NCBI GenBank assembly: GCA_036229005.1 | Contig: JAZAMN010000050.1 | Span: 32,001 to 96,000, forward strand | DNA: 64,000 bases | Direction: 5' to 3' | Source of the DNA: Myxococcota bacterium | GTDB taxonomy: Bacteria > Myxococcota_A > UBA796 > CAJQPC01 | Shown here: one piece after another, positions 10,001-16,143 of the stretch | Numbering within the stretch: position 1 is the stretch's first letter | How the letters are laid out: each line of letters starts with the position of its first letter | Notes under the pieces: generated by a model | Seen by the model: only the letters and a program-made list of their open reading frames with translations | Told to the model about the DNA's origin: nothing | The model's database searches: none | Position numbers and translations under genes: made by a program

Positions 10001-11639
10001 GGTGACCGGCGCGATCGGCTCCCACTGGGACGTCGCGCTGCTGGACGCCGCCACCCACGGCATCCCCCACGACGACCTGAGCCGCTGGAGCGCCGAGATC
10101 CCCGAGGGCATGGTCGCGTACCCCGCGTTCATCCCCGAGCTGCGCATCCACGGCGCCACCCCCAAGCCCGGCTCCGAGATCCGCTGCGAGGTCCGCTTTG
10201 ACGGCTTCCACGGCTCCAAGCAGCTCCCCCGCTTCAAGGTGCAGCTCGTCCAGGACGGCGGCTGGGTCTGGTGCTCGTTCACCCTGGTGGAGAGCCTCTT
10301 CCCCAAGGGCCCCCTGGGCAGCTTCGAGCCAGAAGGCCGGCGTCGCTTCCTGCGGGATCGCAAGTTCGTCCCCGGGCTCTCCTTGAGTGAGGGAGGGGTC
10401 CTCAAGGTGGCCGATGTCGATCGGTCCAACTGGCTCCCCGGGACCGTCGAGACCCTCTACGGGACCGCGGATGCAAGCGAGGTCGCCCTGGCCGAGGCCA
10501 TCGCCGCCGAGGTCCAGGTGCACCCCTACCGGGCCGCCGGCGCGCTGCCCCTGAACCCCATCGAGGCCACCCAGGAGGAGCTGGACGACGGCTGGCGCAC
10601 CACCGCCCGCATCGGCCCCCTCAAGCTGGACCCCGTGGTGGAGTTCTGGTCCGGCGTGTTCGACCGGGACCCTTGGCCCGTCGAGGACCTGTACTACGGG
10701 CTCATCCAGCGCTTTGTGCGCCGGGTGGTCACCCCGGAGCCGGAGGCCCTGGAGGCCGTTCAGGGCCGCAGCCTGCTGTACCTGGGCAACCACCAGACCG
10801 GCGTCGAGTCCCTGCTGTTCTCCATCGTGGCCAGCGGGCTCACCGGCGTCCCCACCGTCACCCTGGCCAAGGCGGAGCACCGCCACACCTGGCTGGGCAA
10901 GCTGATCGCCCACAACTTCTCGTACCCCGGGGTCACCGACCCCCGCGTCATCCAGTTCTTTGACCGGGACGACAAGGCCAGCCTGCCCAAGATCATCGGC
11001 GAGCTGGCAGCGGAGATGGCCGGGCCCGGCAAGTCCGTGATGGTCCACGTGGAGGGCACCCGCTCCCTGAACTGCCGCACCCCCGTGCAGAAGATGAGCG
11101 GCGCCTTCATCGACATGGCCCTCAAGGTCAACGCCCCCATCGTGCCCGTGCGCTTTGTGGGCGGTCTGCCCGCGGCGGACCTGGAGGCCCGCGTGGAGTT
11201 CCCCGTCGGCTTGAGCGCCGAGGGTCAGGAGCCCCCCAAGGGCCAGCCCTTCGCTCACGGCCTGGGACAGCAGGACATCTGGCTGGGCGCGCCCATCCTG
11301 CCCGAGGACATCGCGCACCTGCCCTATGGTGAGCGCAAGCGCATCGTGATCGACGCCATCAACGGCCTCGGTCCCGCCAACGCCGCCGAGGCGCCCTTCT
11401 CCGGCGACCTGGAGTTCGGGGAGAAGGTGGAGGCGTGGCGGTCCAGCACCGGCGCGACCCACGAGCACGCCACCTTGCTGCAGGTGCTGCGTGAGGCCGA
11501 GTCGGTCTGCCCCGAGACCCAGGCCATCCTGGACGGTCTGGATGGCTCCGGCTTCCAGAGCGAGGACAGCGAGGCCGGCGCTTGGCTGGCGGAACTGGCC
11601 CGCCGGCTCTACGGCGAGCAGGGTCCCCCAGTGAAGTAG
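4029..11639 (+). CDS. pfa3: Myxobacterial-type PUFA synthase Pfa3 (KS, CLF, FabA-like DH'/DH x2, PKS-type DH, AGPAT)
   Basis: KS: DAACASS, ECHATGT, GHL. CLF: MPNIPANRL..CSEELSG. FabA-like DH: WFFEGHFHNDPCMPG and WFFKAHFFQDPVQPG. PKS-type DH: WLRDHCPTWTVP. Acyltransferase: GNHQTGVE, VEGTRS, PIVPV. TTG start 3 nt after the upstream stop. Confidence 0.88.
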   Translation: MFEPIAIVGRACVLPGALSPEQLWEKVLAGQDLVSNAPSGRWGVSRSKILSSPQDPQDHAWSDRGGYVEGFEQVFDPQGFELSATEIGGLDPLFQWLLHTGRQALSEVRGAPRRRTGVVVGNLGFPSSSMSRYAETVWLGDAQAQALGIPKVDARNRFMSGLPAHLLAQALGLGGPAFALDAACASSLYALKLACDRLQDREADLMLAGAVNRSDDLFIHVGFCALSAMSKTGRSRPFHAQADGLVPGEGAGILALKRLSDAQRDGDTIHGVIRGVGLSNDGRGRGLLAPSSAGQVRAMESAFTQSGWTPTDVTLLECHATGTTVGDGTELDSMSQVYASCQQLPIGSLKSNMGHLITAAGVAGIIKVLEAMRHGQRPPTLHVEQPHPKLSGGPFRLLTAAEPWDGPRRAGVSAFGFGGNNAHVLLEQSPSQAPSAEPSPSGPIAVVGLGTLVGDTQGLAGFSEALESGVVSRRGEQVALPLKRMRFPPNDLKQALGQQTALLAAAEEAVQGLTLPPEKTSVLVGMGTDPNVCRYGARWRSADWAPQLGMELSTLREAFVPVLEAAGVLGTMPNIPANRLNSQLDLGGPSMVVCSEELSGLRALNLAARALRKGETDAAVVGAVDLCSDPVHTRAALSLGQREPGGDAAVVVVLKRLEDAQAAGDKVLAVLDEADAPPLSPDGLRRLVGHTHAAEGLLLAAAAILDCMEGRREGALLDLEALGGQRESSVILSAGTQPIPEYQPEGPLLRLPLHLPEIQLPKAAAAMEPQPMSESALSPSGVQTMAPAPVLPSVMSAGAEPPRPPVQKTAVQKAAALPPAAPMPQPIAPQQPVVPQVQAPVGGAFTHPQAAQLAQQLAAQQRMLTQVHQQFLAQQAEVQQRFLGMRQRALQTLVGAAGSPLMQAAQVAAPTQAQSVPTPALHAPRSPATPSAPAAPRVQAPVPSPVVGQVAKAVNPPAPKAQVPLAPVPAKAPAPKPAPKAAAKAEPAGFKDPKHPWRTDPMAPPVPFRARPKAEELPGLKLDRDGLMVHAGGKISEIYGEQFKPQDDYVRQCRMPLPPLLLADRLLGIDAEAGSMGRGTLWTETDVTEDAWYLHQGRMPAGIMIESGQADLMLISYLGIDLQHQGDRIYRLLGCTLTYHDSLPQPGETLTYDIHVDGHAKHGDKRLFFFHYDCRVEGKPRLTVRQGQAGFFTDAELLESGGILWTAEEGECVENPRMDEPDLLTTKRSLSNAELVAFSEGRTSDCFGPEFYLSDAHTRTPRISGGKMLYLDEVTDFVPKGGPWGRGYLRAIDKVHPTHWFFEGHFHNDPCMPGNLMFEGCLQAMAVYMAGLGFTVDRDGWRFEPVPEEPYKLLCRGQVDPSSQELVYEIFVEEIIAGPEPTIYADMLCTVDGLKAFHCRRMGLRLVPSWPLDSREDMPADHEARGVVKQAPSAALEWTGAPLKKLDTPTEPFQFDYRSLLACAWSRPSKAFGPMYETFDSTRRVARLPGPPYHFMSRVSQIDGTLGGMSIGDKVVLDYDIPEKAWYFLENGAPTMPFCVLLEAALQPCGWLASFVGSALTVENDLFFRNLDGTGDLKVELLPTCGTLRTEVTITNISQSAGMIIESFKVDCFLEHEGEQVHVYDLKTVFGFFPKVALDNQKGLPILPEHKAVFDAEYEGEVVDLDRYKPAGAPLARPYLRMIDKVTGRWPEGGQAGLGAWRAEKAVDTKEWFFKAHFFQDPVQPGSLGIEALLQLAQFAMQDLGMDAGIEQPRFEPVELGRPMSWKYRGQVRTFNKLIGSTIEITEKGTDDAGNPFIVCKGSLWVDGMRIYETENMGMKVVSGAAVKQPGGVGPAQMSAPTHDVVLDPDGEHAWLRDHCPTWTVPAAPMMWMVDRIAQVAFEGGEGRLVLGVQDVAVKRWLVADAPTKVSAALRYENDHIHVTLSDEDGVVCTGRAHMGWEPLAGEHGWPALEAAEVPSPYAAGTLFHGPLFQLQESLRMGDGGSSAVLRVTGAIGSHWDVALLDAATHGIPHDDLSRWSAEIPEGMVAYPAFIPELRIHGATPKPGSEIRCEVRFDGFHGSKQLPRFKVQLVQDGGWVWCSFTLVESLFPKGPLGSFEPEGRRRFLRDRKFVPGLSLSEGGVLKVADVDRSNWLPGTVETLYGTADASEVALAEAIAAEVQVHPYRAAGALPLNPIEATQEELDDGWRTTARIGPLKLDPVVEFWSGVFDRDPWPVEDLYYGLIQRFVRRVVTPEPEALEAVQGRSLLYLGNHQTGVESLLFSIVASGLTGVPTVTLAKAEHRHTWLGKLIAHNFSYPGVTDPRVIQFFDRDDKASLPKIIGELAAEMAGPGKSVMVHVEGTRSLNCRTPVQKMSGAFIDMALKVNAPIVPVRFVGGLPAADLEARVEFPVGLSAEGQEPPKGQPFAHGLGQQDIWLGAPILPEDIAHLPYGERKRIVIDAINGLGPANAAEAPFSGDLEFGEKVEAWRSSTGATHEHATLLQVLREAESVCPETQAILDGLDGSGFQSEDSEAGAWLAELARRLYGEQGPPVK

Positions 11640-11643
11640 CAGG

Positions 11644-11690
11644 CTGCAGAGCAGCAGGTGGCTTTGGATGAGTCGCCTGCTGCGCTGCAG
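11644..11690. terminator. Long hairpin between convergent genes, probable terminator or mRNA 3'-end stabiliser
   Basis: CTGCAGAGCAGCAGGTGGCT-TTGGATG-AGTCGCCTGCTGCGCTGCAG forms a 20-bp stem with one mismatch and two G-U pairs; there is no U tract. Confidence 0.45.
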
Positions 11691-11767
11691 GCATACGTCC
11701 CAGGACATGCGTCCCCCCGGCTTCTCCTCAAGCTAAAGGGGGAGGGGACCAGAAATTGTCCGGGGGA

Positions 11768-12523
11768 TCAGTCGTCGAAGCGACCGTGGCGCCCCGCACC
11801 CTCCGCGAAGCGCGTCGCCCCCAGCCTGGCCTCGTCGATGACACGGAGTCCGCGATCGAACTCGCGGGCCATCGCGTCCGGGAGGTGGGCCATGCGGGTC
11901 GACCACCGATCCGCCCGCAGACAAGCCTGAGGAAAAGCGGCGATCTCCGCCGCAAGTGTGAGGGCCGAGGACAGCGCCTGACCGCTGGGAGCGAGCCGGT
12001 TCACCAAGCCGATCCGGTGGGCCTCTTGCGCATCGACGGGCCGCCCGGTGAGGACGAGGTCCATGGCCCGTGATTCACCGATCAGCCTGGGCAGCCGCAC
12101 CGTCCCTCCGTCGATCAAGGGGACCCCCCAGCGTCGGCAGAACACCCCGAACACGGCATCGTCCGCCGCGACCCGCAGATCCGCCCAGAGCGCCAACTCC
12201 AGGCCGCCAGCGACCGCGTGGCCCTCGATCGCGGCGATGACCGGCTTCTGCGTGCGCAGGCGGGTGGGGCCCATGGGGCCGGGGCCGTCTCGCTCCAGGC
12301 GGTTGGGCGTCCCCTCGGAGAGCGCCTTGAGGTCGGCTCCGGAGCAGAAGGTGCCGCCCTCTCCATGCAGGACCAGGACGTGGACCTCCGGGTCTGCGTC
12401 CGCAGCCTCGACGGCCGCCAACAGCGCGTCTGCCGTGTCCCGGTCCACCGCGTTCCGCCGCTCTGGTCGGCTCAGGTGGATGACCGCCGTCGCCCCGTGT
12501 CGGCTCGTCCAGACAGCGCTCAC
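11768..12523 (-). CDS. Enoyl-CoA hydratase/isomerase (crotonase family)
   Basis: SRPERRNAV, FCSGADLK, KPVIAAIEGHAVAGGLELALWADLR. The GTG start at 12523 overlaps the LysR stop (GTGA); the longer ORF-track N-terminus is spurious. Confidence 0.9.
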   Translation of the reverse strand: MSAVWTSRHGATAVIHLSRPERRNAVDRDTADALLAAVEAADADPEVHVLVLHGEGGTFCSGADLKALSEGTPNRLERDGPGPMGPTRLRTQKPVIAAIEGHAVAGGLELALWADLRVAADDAVFGVFCRRWGVPLIDGGTVRLPRLIGESRAMDLVLTGRPVDAQEAHRIGLVNRLAPSGQALSSALTLAAEIAAFPQACLRADRWSTRMAHLPDAMAREFDRGLRVIDEARLGATRFAEGAGRHGRFDD

Positions 12524-13461
12524 AGCTCGGACTCGCTCAGGCAGGCCCCAGGCTCGGCGATGGACTGCGCGATCTCGGCCAGGCAGCCCCTCAACCAGGC
12601 GTGGGCGGGGTCCTGCTGGAAGCGCTGGTGCCACACCTGCCGGATGGTGAACTGAGGCAACTGCACGGGGGGCTCCAGGAGCTGCAGTCCCAGCGCGGCG
12701 CCGAAGGCGCAGGCCACGCGGGAGGCGAGGGTGAGCACGTGGTCGGTCTGGGCGACCAGCATCGGCGCGACGGAGAAGTGGGGGACGCTCACCGCGACCC
12801 GCCGCTTGAGCCCGCGCTGCGCGAGGACGTGGTCCACGACCCCCTGACCTCGGGCGCGGGGCGCGATCAAGACGTGCGGGTGCCGGGTGTATTGGTCCAG
12901 GCTCAGGCTCCCCTGGATGTCGGGGTGATCCGGACGGACCACACACACAAAGCGGTCGCGGAACAGGCCCTGCTGACGGAAGGAGCCAGGCATGTCCTGG
13001 AAGGCCCCCACGGCCAGGTCGATCTCCCCGGACTCCAGCGCGCTGCCGGGCAGGTCACCCAGGATCCGCACCCGCAGGTCCACCCCGGGCGCCCGCTGGG
13101 CCAGCATCTGCGCCAAGGCTGGCAGCAACACCATCTCCGCGTAGTCGTTGGCGGCCAGCGTGAAGCGCCGCTCCGCCGTGGCCGGGTCAAAGCGCCCGTG
13201 GTCCTCCAGCGCCCGCGACAGGGTGGTCAGGGCGTCGCGCACCGGTCCGGCCAGCTCCAGCGCCCTGGGGGTCGGCACCATCCCGGCCTTGGTGCGCACC
13301 AGCAGCTCATCCCCGATGGCCTTGCGCAGGCGCCGCAGAGCGTTGGACATCGCGGGCTGGGAGAGCCCCACGCGCTGGGCCGCCTTGGTGACCGAGCCCT
13401 CCTCCAGCAGCGCGTCGAAGGCGATCAAGAGGTTCAGGTCGATGGCGTGAAGATTGCTCAC
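12520..13461 (-). CDS. LysR-family transcriptional regulator (NodD/LeuO-like)
   Basis: HTH: DLNLLIAFDALLEEGSVTKAAQRVGLSQPAMSNALRRLR; C-terminal DPAHAWLR. Confidence 0.95.
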   Translation of the reverse strand: MSNLHAIDLNLLIAFDALLEEGSVTKAAQRVGLSQPAMSNALRRLRKAIGDELLVRTKAGMVPTPRALELAGPVRDALTTLSRALEDHGRFDPATAERRFTLAANDYAEMVLLPALAQMLAQRAPGVDLRVRILGDLPGSALESGEIDLAVGAFQDMPGSFRQQGLFRDRFVCVVRPDHPDIQGSLSLDQYTRHPHVLIAPRARGQGVVDHVLAQRGLKRRVAVSVPHFSVAPMLVAQTDHVLTLASRVACAFGAALGLQLLEPPVQLPQFTIRQVWHQRFQQDPAHAWLRGCLAEIAQSIAEPGACLSESEL

Positions 13462-13503
13462 GTGAATCCCCAGACAAGGTGTATTCGCCTGGAGGATATC
13501 CCC

Positions 13504-14838
13504 TCAGTCCATGTACCCCAAGGCCCGCAGCGCCTCGACCATCTCGGGGGTCGCCTCGAAGCTCCGGTGAGGCGGAGCGGTCGCGTCCCAGGCGCGGAGC
13601 TGCGCCACCATCTGCTCGACCCGCTGAGGGTCCTGGACCACGTGCACGCTGGGCTCCCAGGCGTAGAGCTGCGCCTGCCGCCGGTAGGGCGTGACCACGA
13701 GGCTGTAATCCTGGTGGGTGACCGAGCGCTGGAAGGGGAGGTTGTTCCAGCCCTGACCGTTCTCCAGGCTCGCCGGCTGGGTGGCCTCCGCGAAGCTCGG
13801 GGGCGCCTGCCAGCTCCGCTCTCCCCGCAGGATCGCCGAGGTGTCCTCGCCGTCGCCCAGGTCGCTCTCCCAGCCCAAGAGGCCCAGCACGCTGGGCCCG
13901 ACATCCATCAAGCGGATCGGTCGGTGCACCACGCTCGCAGGCAGCGCCAACTCGCCGCTCCCCCAGAAGATCAGCGGCACGTGCACGATCGAAGGGTCCA
14001 CGTCGGGTCCGTGTCCGAAGGGGCTCCCGCCGTCACTTCCCAGGTGCTCGCCGTGGTCTGAGAAGAGGACGATGAGGGCGGACTCCAGGCGCTCGCGCTC
14101 CCGCAGCCCATCGATCAGGGCGCCGATCTGCTGGTCGGTCCACTGGACCTCCGCCTGGTACAGGCACCGGGCCCGAGCGAGGTCATCGGGGCCCAGGCTG
14201 CCCGCGAACTCCGGCCGGGTCATCGCGATGGAGGTCTCGATCCCCGGCTGGATGGGTCCCTGGTAGGGCTCCGGGCAGGCCTGGTCCCGCAGCGCGGTGG
14301 GCGCCGAGTTCCAGGGGTTGTGGGGGTCGTAGTAGTGGACGAACAGGAAGGTCGGCTGGGCCTCGCCCTGCGCGTCGATGTGCCGGAGCGCCGCCTGGGT
14401 GACCTGGTCTGCTCCGACCTCGTGGATGCCGGTCTTGAGCTGCAGCTCGTGGTTGTCGTAGACGCGGAAGCCGCGCGAGAGGCCCATCTCCGGCTGCAGC
14501 GCGGTGCTCCCCACCACAGCGATGGTGTCCCAGCCCTTGGCCGCGAAGCGCTCCTGGAGGAGGGCGAGGCCCCCGGGTACCGGGAAGCCGTTGCGCACCA
14601 CCGTGGACCCGTGGCTCTCGCGCCCGCTGAAGACCCCGGTGTGCGAGGCCAGCGTGGTCGCGCTCTGGGAGAGGCCCCGCTCCACGCGCACGCCCTGGGC
14701 GGCGAGAGCGTCCACGTTCGGGGTGCTGGGCGGTCCCCCGTAGGCCCCCAATGCGTCGGCGCGGGTGGTGTCCATGCTCACGAAGAGCACCAGGGGAGGG
14801 GGGCTCTGACAGGCCAGCCAGGTGGTGATGAGCAGCAT
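13504..14838 (-). CDS. Sulfatase-like / alkaline phosphatase superfamily hydrolase, probable lipoprotein
   Basis: Signal MLLITTWLAC; SMDTTRAD, TPNVDALA, TLASH at the nucleophile position, HYYDPH, SDHGE, HVPLI, LRALGY. Confidence 0.8.
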   Translation of the reverse strand: MLLITTWLACQSPPPLVLFVSMDTTRADALGAYGGPPSTPNVDALAAQGVRVERGLSQSATTLASHTGVFSGRESHGSTVVRNGFPVPGGLALLQERFAAKGWDTIAVVGSTALQPEMGLSRGFRVYDNHELQLKTGIHEVGADQVTQAALRHIDAQGEAQPTFLFVHYYDPHNPWNSAPTALRDQACPEPYQGPIQPGIETSIAMTRPEFAGSLGPDDLARARCLYQAEVQWTDQQIGALIDGLRERERLESALIVLFSDHGEHLGSDGGSPFGHGPDVDPSIVHVPLIFWGSGELALPASVVHRPIRLMDVGPSVLGLLGWESDLGDGEDTSAILRGERSWQAPPSFAEATQPASLENGQGWNNLPFQRSVTHQDYSLVVTPYRRQAQLYAWEPSVHVVQDPQRVEQMVAQLRAWDATAPPHRSFEATPEMVEALRALGYMD

Positions 14839-14859
14839 GCCCAGAGGGTACCCTGGGCC

Positions 14860-16113
14860 ATGTCCTTCGACGCCGTCACCACCGCGGAGCTGCCCTCGCG
14901 GCAGGTCACCACCCTCCACCTCTTTCGCCACGGTCAGGTGGAGACGGGCGGGCTGCGGCTGGCCTACGGACACTCGGATCTGCCCCTCTCCATGCAAGGT
15001 GAGGACCAGCACGCCGCCCTGGAGCGCTTCGCCGCGCGCCTGCCCGCTCCGGACGGGGTGCTCAGCTCGGATCTGCGCCGCTGCATGCACTTGGCCGAGG
15101 GGCTGGGCAGGGTGTCCTCGCTGGCGCCCCGCTGCCATCCGGAGCTCCGTGAGCAGGACATGGGGGAGTGGGAGGGCCAGGCGTGGGGGGCGCTCTCCAG
15201 CCGCTCCTCCCAGGCCATCCACGACTACTGGGACGACTATGTGGGGGCCCGGCCGCCAGGTGGCGAGAGCCTCCGCGATCTGGACGCGCGCGTATGGGAC
15301 TGGTGGCAGGGCATGCAGGACGAGCTGGCCGGCGGGACCTGGTGGGTGGCGGCGCACATCGGCGTGATCCGCGTGCTGCTCTGTCGGCTGATGGGGCACC
15401 CGCTGGACGAGGCCCTGCGCTTCGCACCCGCCCGCGGCTCCCACACCAAGCTCCTGCTCGCCGAGGCCGGCGCGGTCCTGGAGGTCCTGGGAGAGCAGCC
15501 GCTGCCCGTCCCCAAGGCCGAGTCGGGGCCCCTCAAGATCGCCCTGAGCGGTAGCGCGGGGGTGGGAAAGAGCACGCTTGGGCAGGCCCTGTCCAAACGC
15601 CTGGGGGTCCCATTCATCCCGGAGGGCATGCGGGCGCGGCTGGAGGGCGGTCTGCAGCTCCACCGGCTGGATCGAGGGCAGCTCCGGGACCTGATCCACA
15701 GCCTCTGGGACGAGCAGCTCGAAGCGGAGCGGCGCGCCGTCCGGGACCACGGGGGCTTCGTCGCGGATCGGGGGGCGGCGGACTTCGCGGCCTTCTATCT
15801 GCACTACCGCTTCATCGAGGCCCAGGACGGGACCGCCGCGTTCGTCTCCCAGGCGCTCGCCCATGCCCGCGGCTACACCCGGACCGTGGTGCTCCCCTGG
15901 GGCGCGATCCCGCTGCGCTCGGACGGGGTGCGCAGCAGCAATCCCTGGCTACAGCGGCACTTCCAGGCGGTGGTCGAGGGCGTGATCCACCGGGAGGTCC
16001 AGCGCGAGCGGGTCCTCTGGCTCCCCACCGAGCGGCGCTCCCTGCGCGAGCGGGTGGACTGGGTGTCGAGCTGGCTGCCTGCTGGATTCGCGCTCAAGTC
16101 CCGCCCCCGGTGA
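14860..16113 (+). CDS. Histidine phosphatase (CobC/PGM-like) fused to a P-loop NTPase (AAA_28/NadR-kinase-like)
   Basis: Phosphatase: LFRHGQ, SSDLRRC, LREQDMGEWEG, PGGES, AHIGVIR. C-terminal: GSAGVGKST and FVADRG. ATG at 14860. Confidence 0.8.
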   Translation: MSFDAVTTAELPSRQVTTLHLFRHGQVETGGLRLAYGHSDLPLSMQGEDQHAALERFAARLPAPDGVLSSDLRRCMHLAEGLGRVSSLAPRCHPELREQDMGEWEGQAWGALSSRSSQAIHDYWDDYVGARPPGGESLRDLDARVWDWWQGMQDELAGGTWWVAAHIGVIRVLLCRLMGHPLDEALRFAPARGSHTKLLLAEAGAVLEVLGEQPLPVPKAESGPLKIALSGSAGVGKSTLGQALSKRLGVPFIPEGMRARLEGGLQLHRLDRGQLRDLIHSLWDEQLEAERRAVRDHGGFVADRGAADFAAFYLHYRFIEAQDGTAAFVSQALAHARGYTRTVVLPWGAIPLRSDGVRSSNPWLQRHFQAVVEGVIHREVQRERVLWLPTERRSLRERVDWVSSWLPAGFALKSRPR

Positions 16114-16143
16114 CCGATTCGGGGTCCCCGTGGAGAGACCCGA

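Noticed and set aside
6696..11708. 1670-aa antisense ORF opposite pfa3
   Set aside because: Shadow ORF caused by strong GC3 codon bias; no motifs, and it fully overlaps a well-supported gene.
12524..12946. Long N-terminal extensions in the ORF track (ECH, sulfatase-like, phosphatase, ExbB, GT-C, DUF58, GATase-like)
   Set aside because: The extensions overlap neighbouring real genes; downstream starts with an RBS or stop-start overlap fit the domain boundaries.
11768..13461. Enoyl-CoA hydratase and LysR as part of the PUFA cluster
   Set aside because: Opposite strand, separated by hairpins, and both are common families; proximity is the only link.
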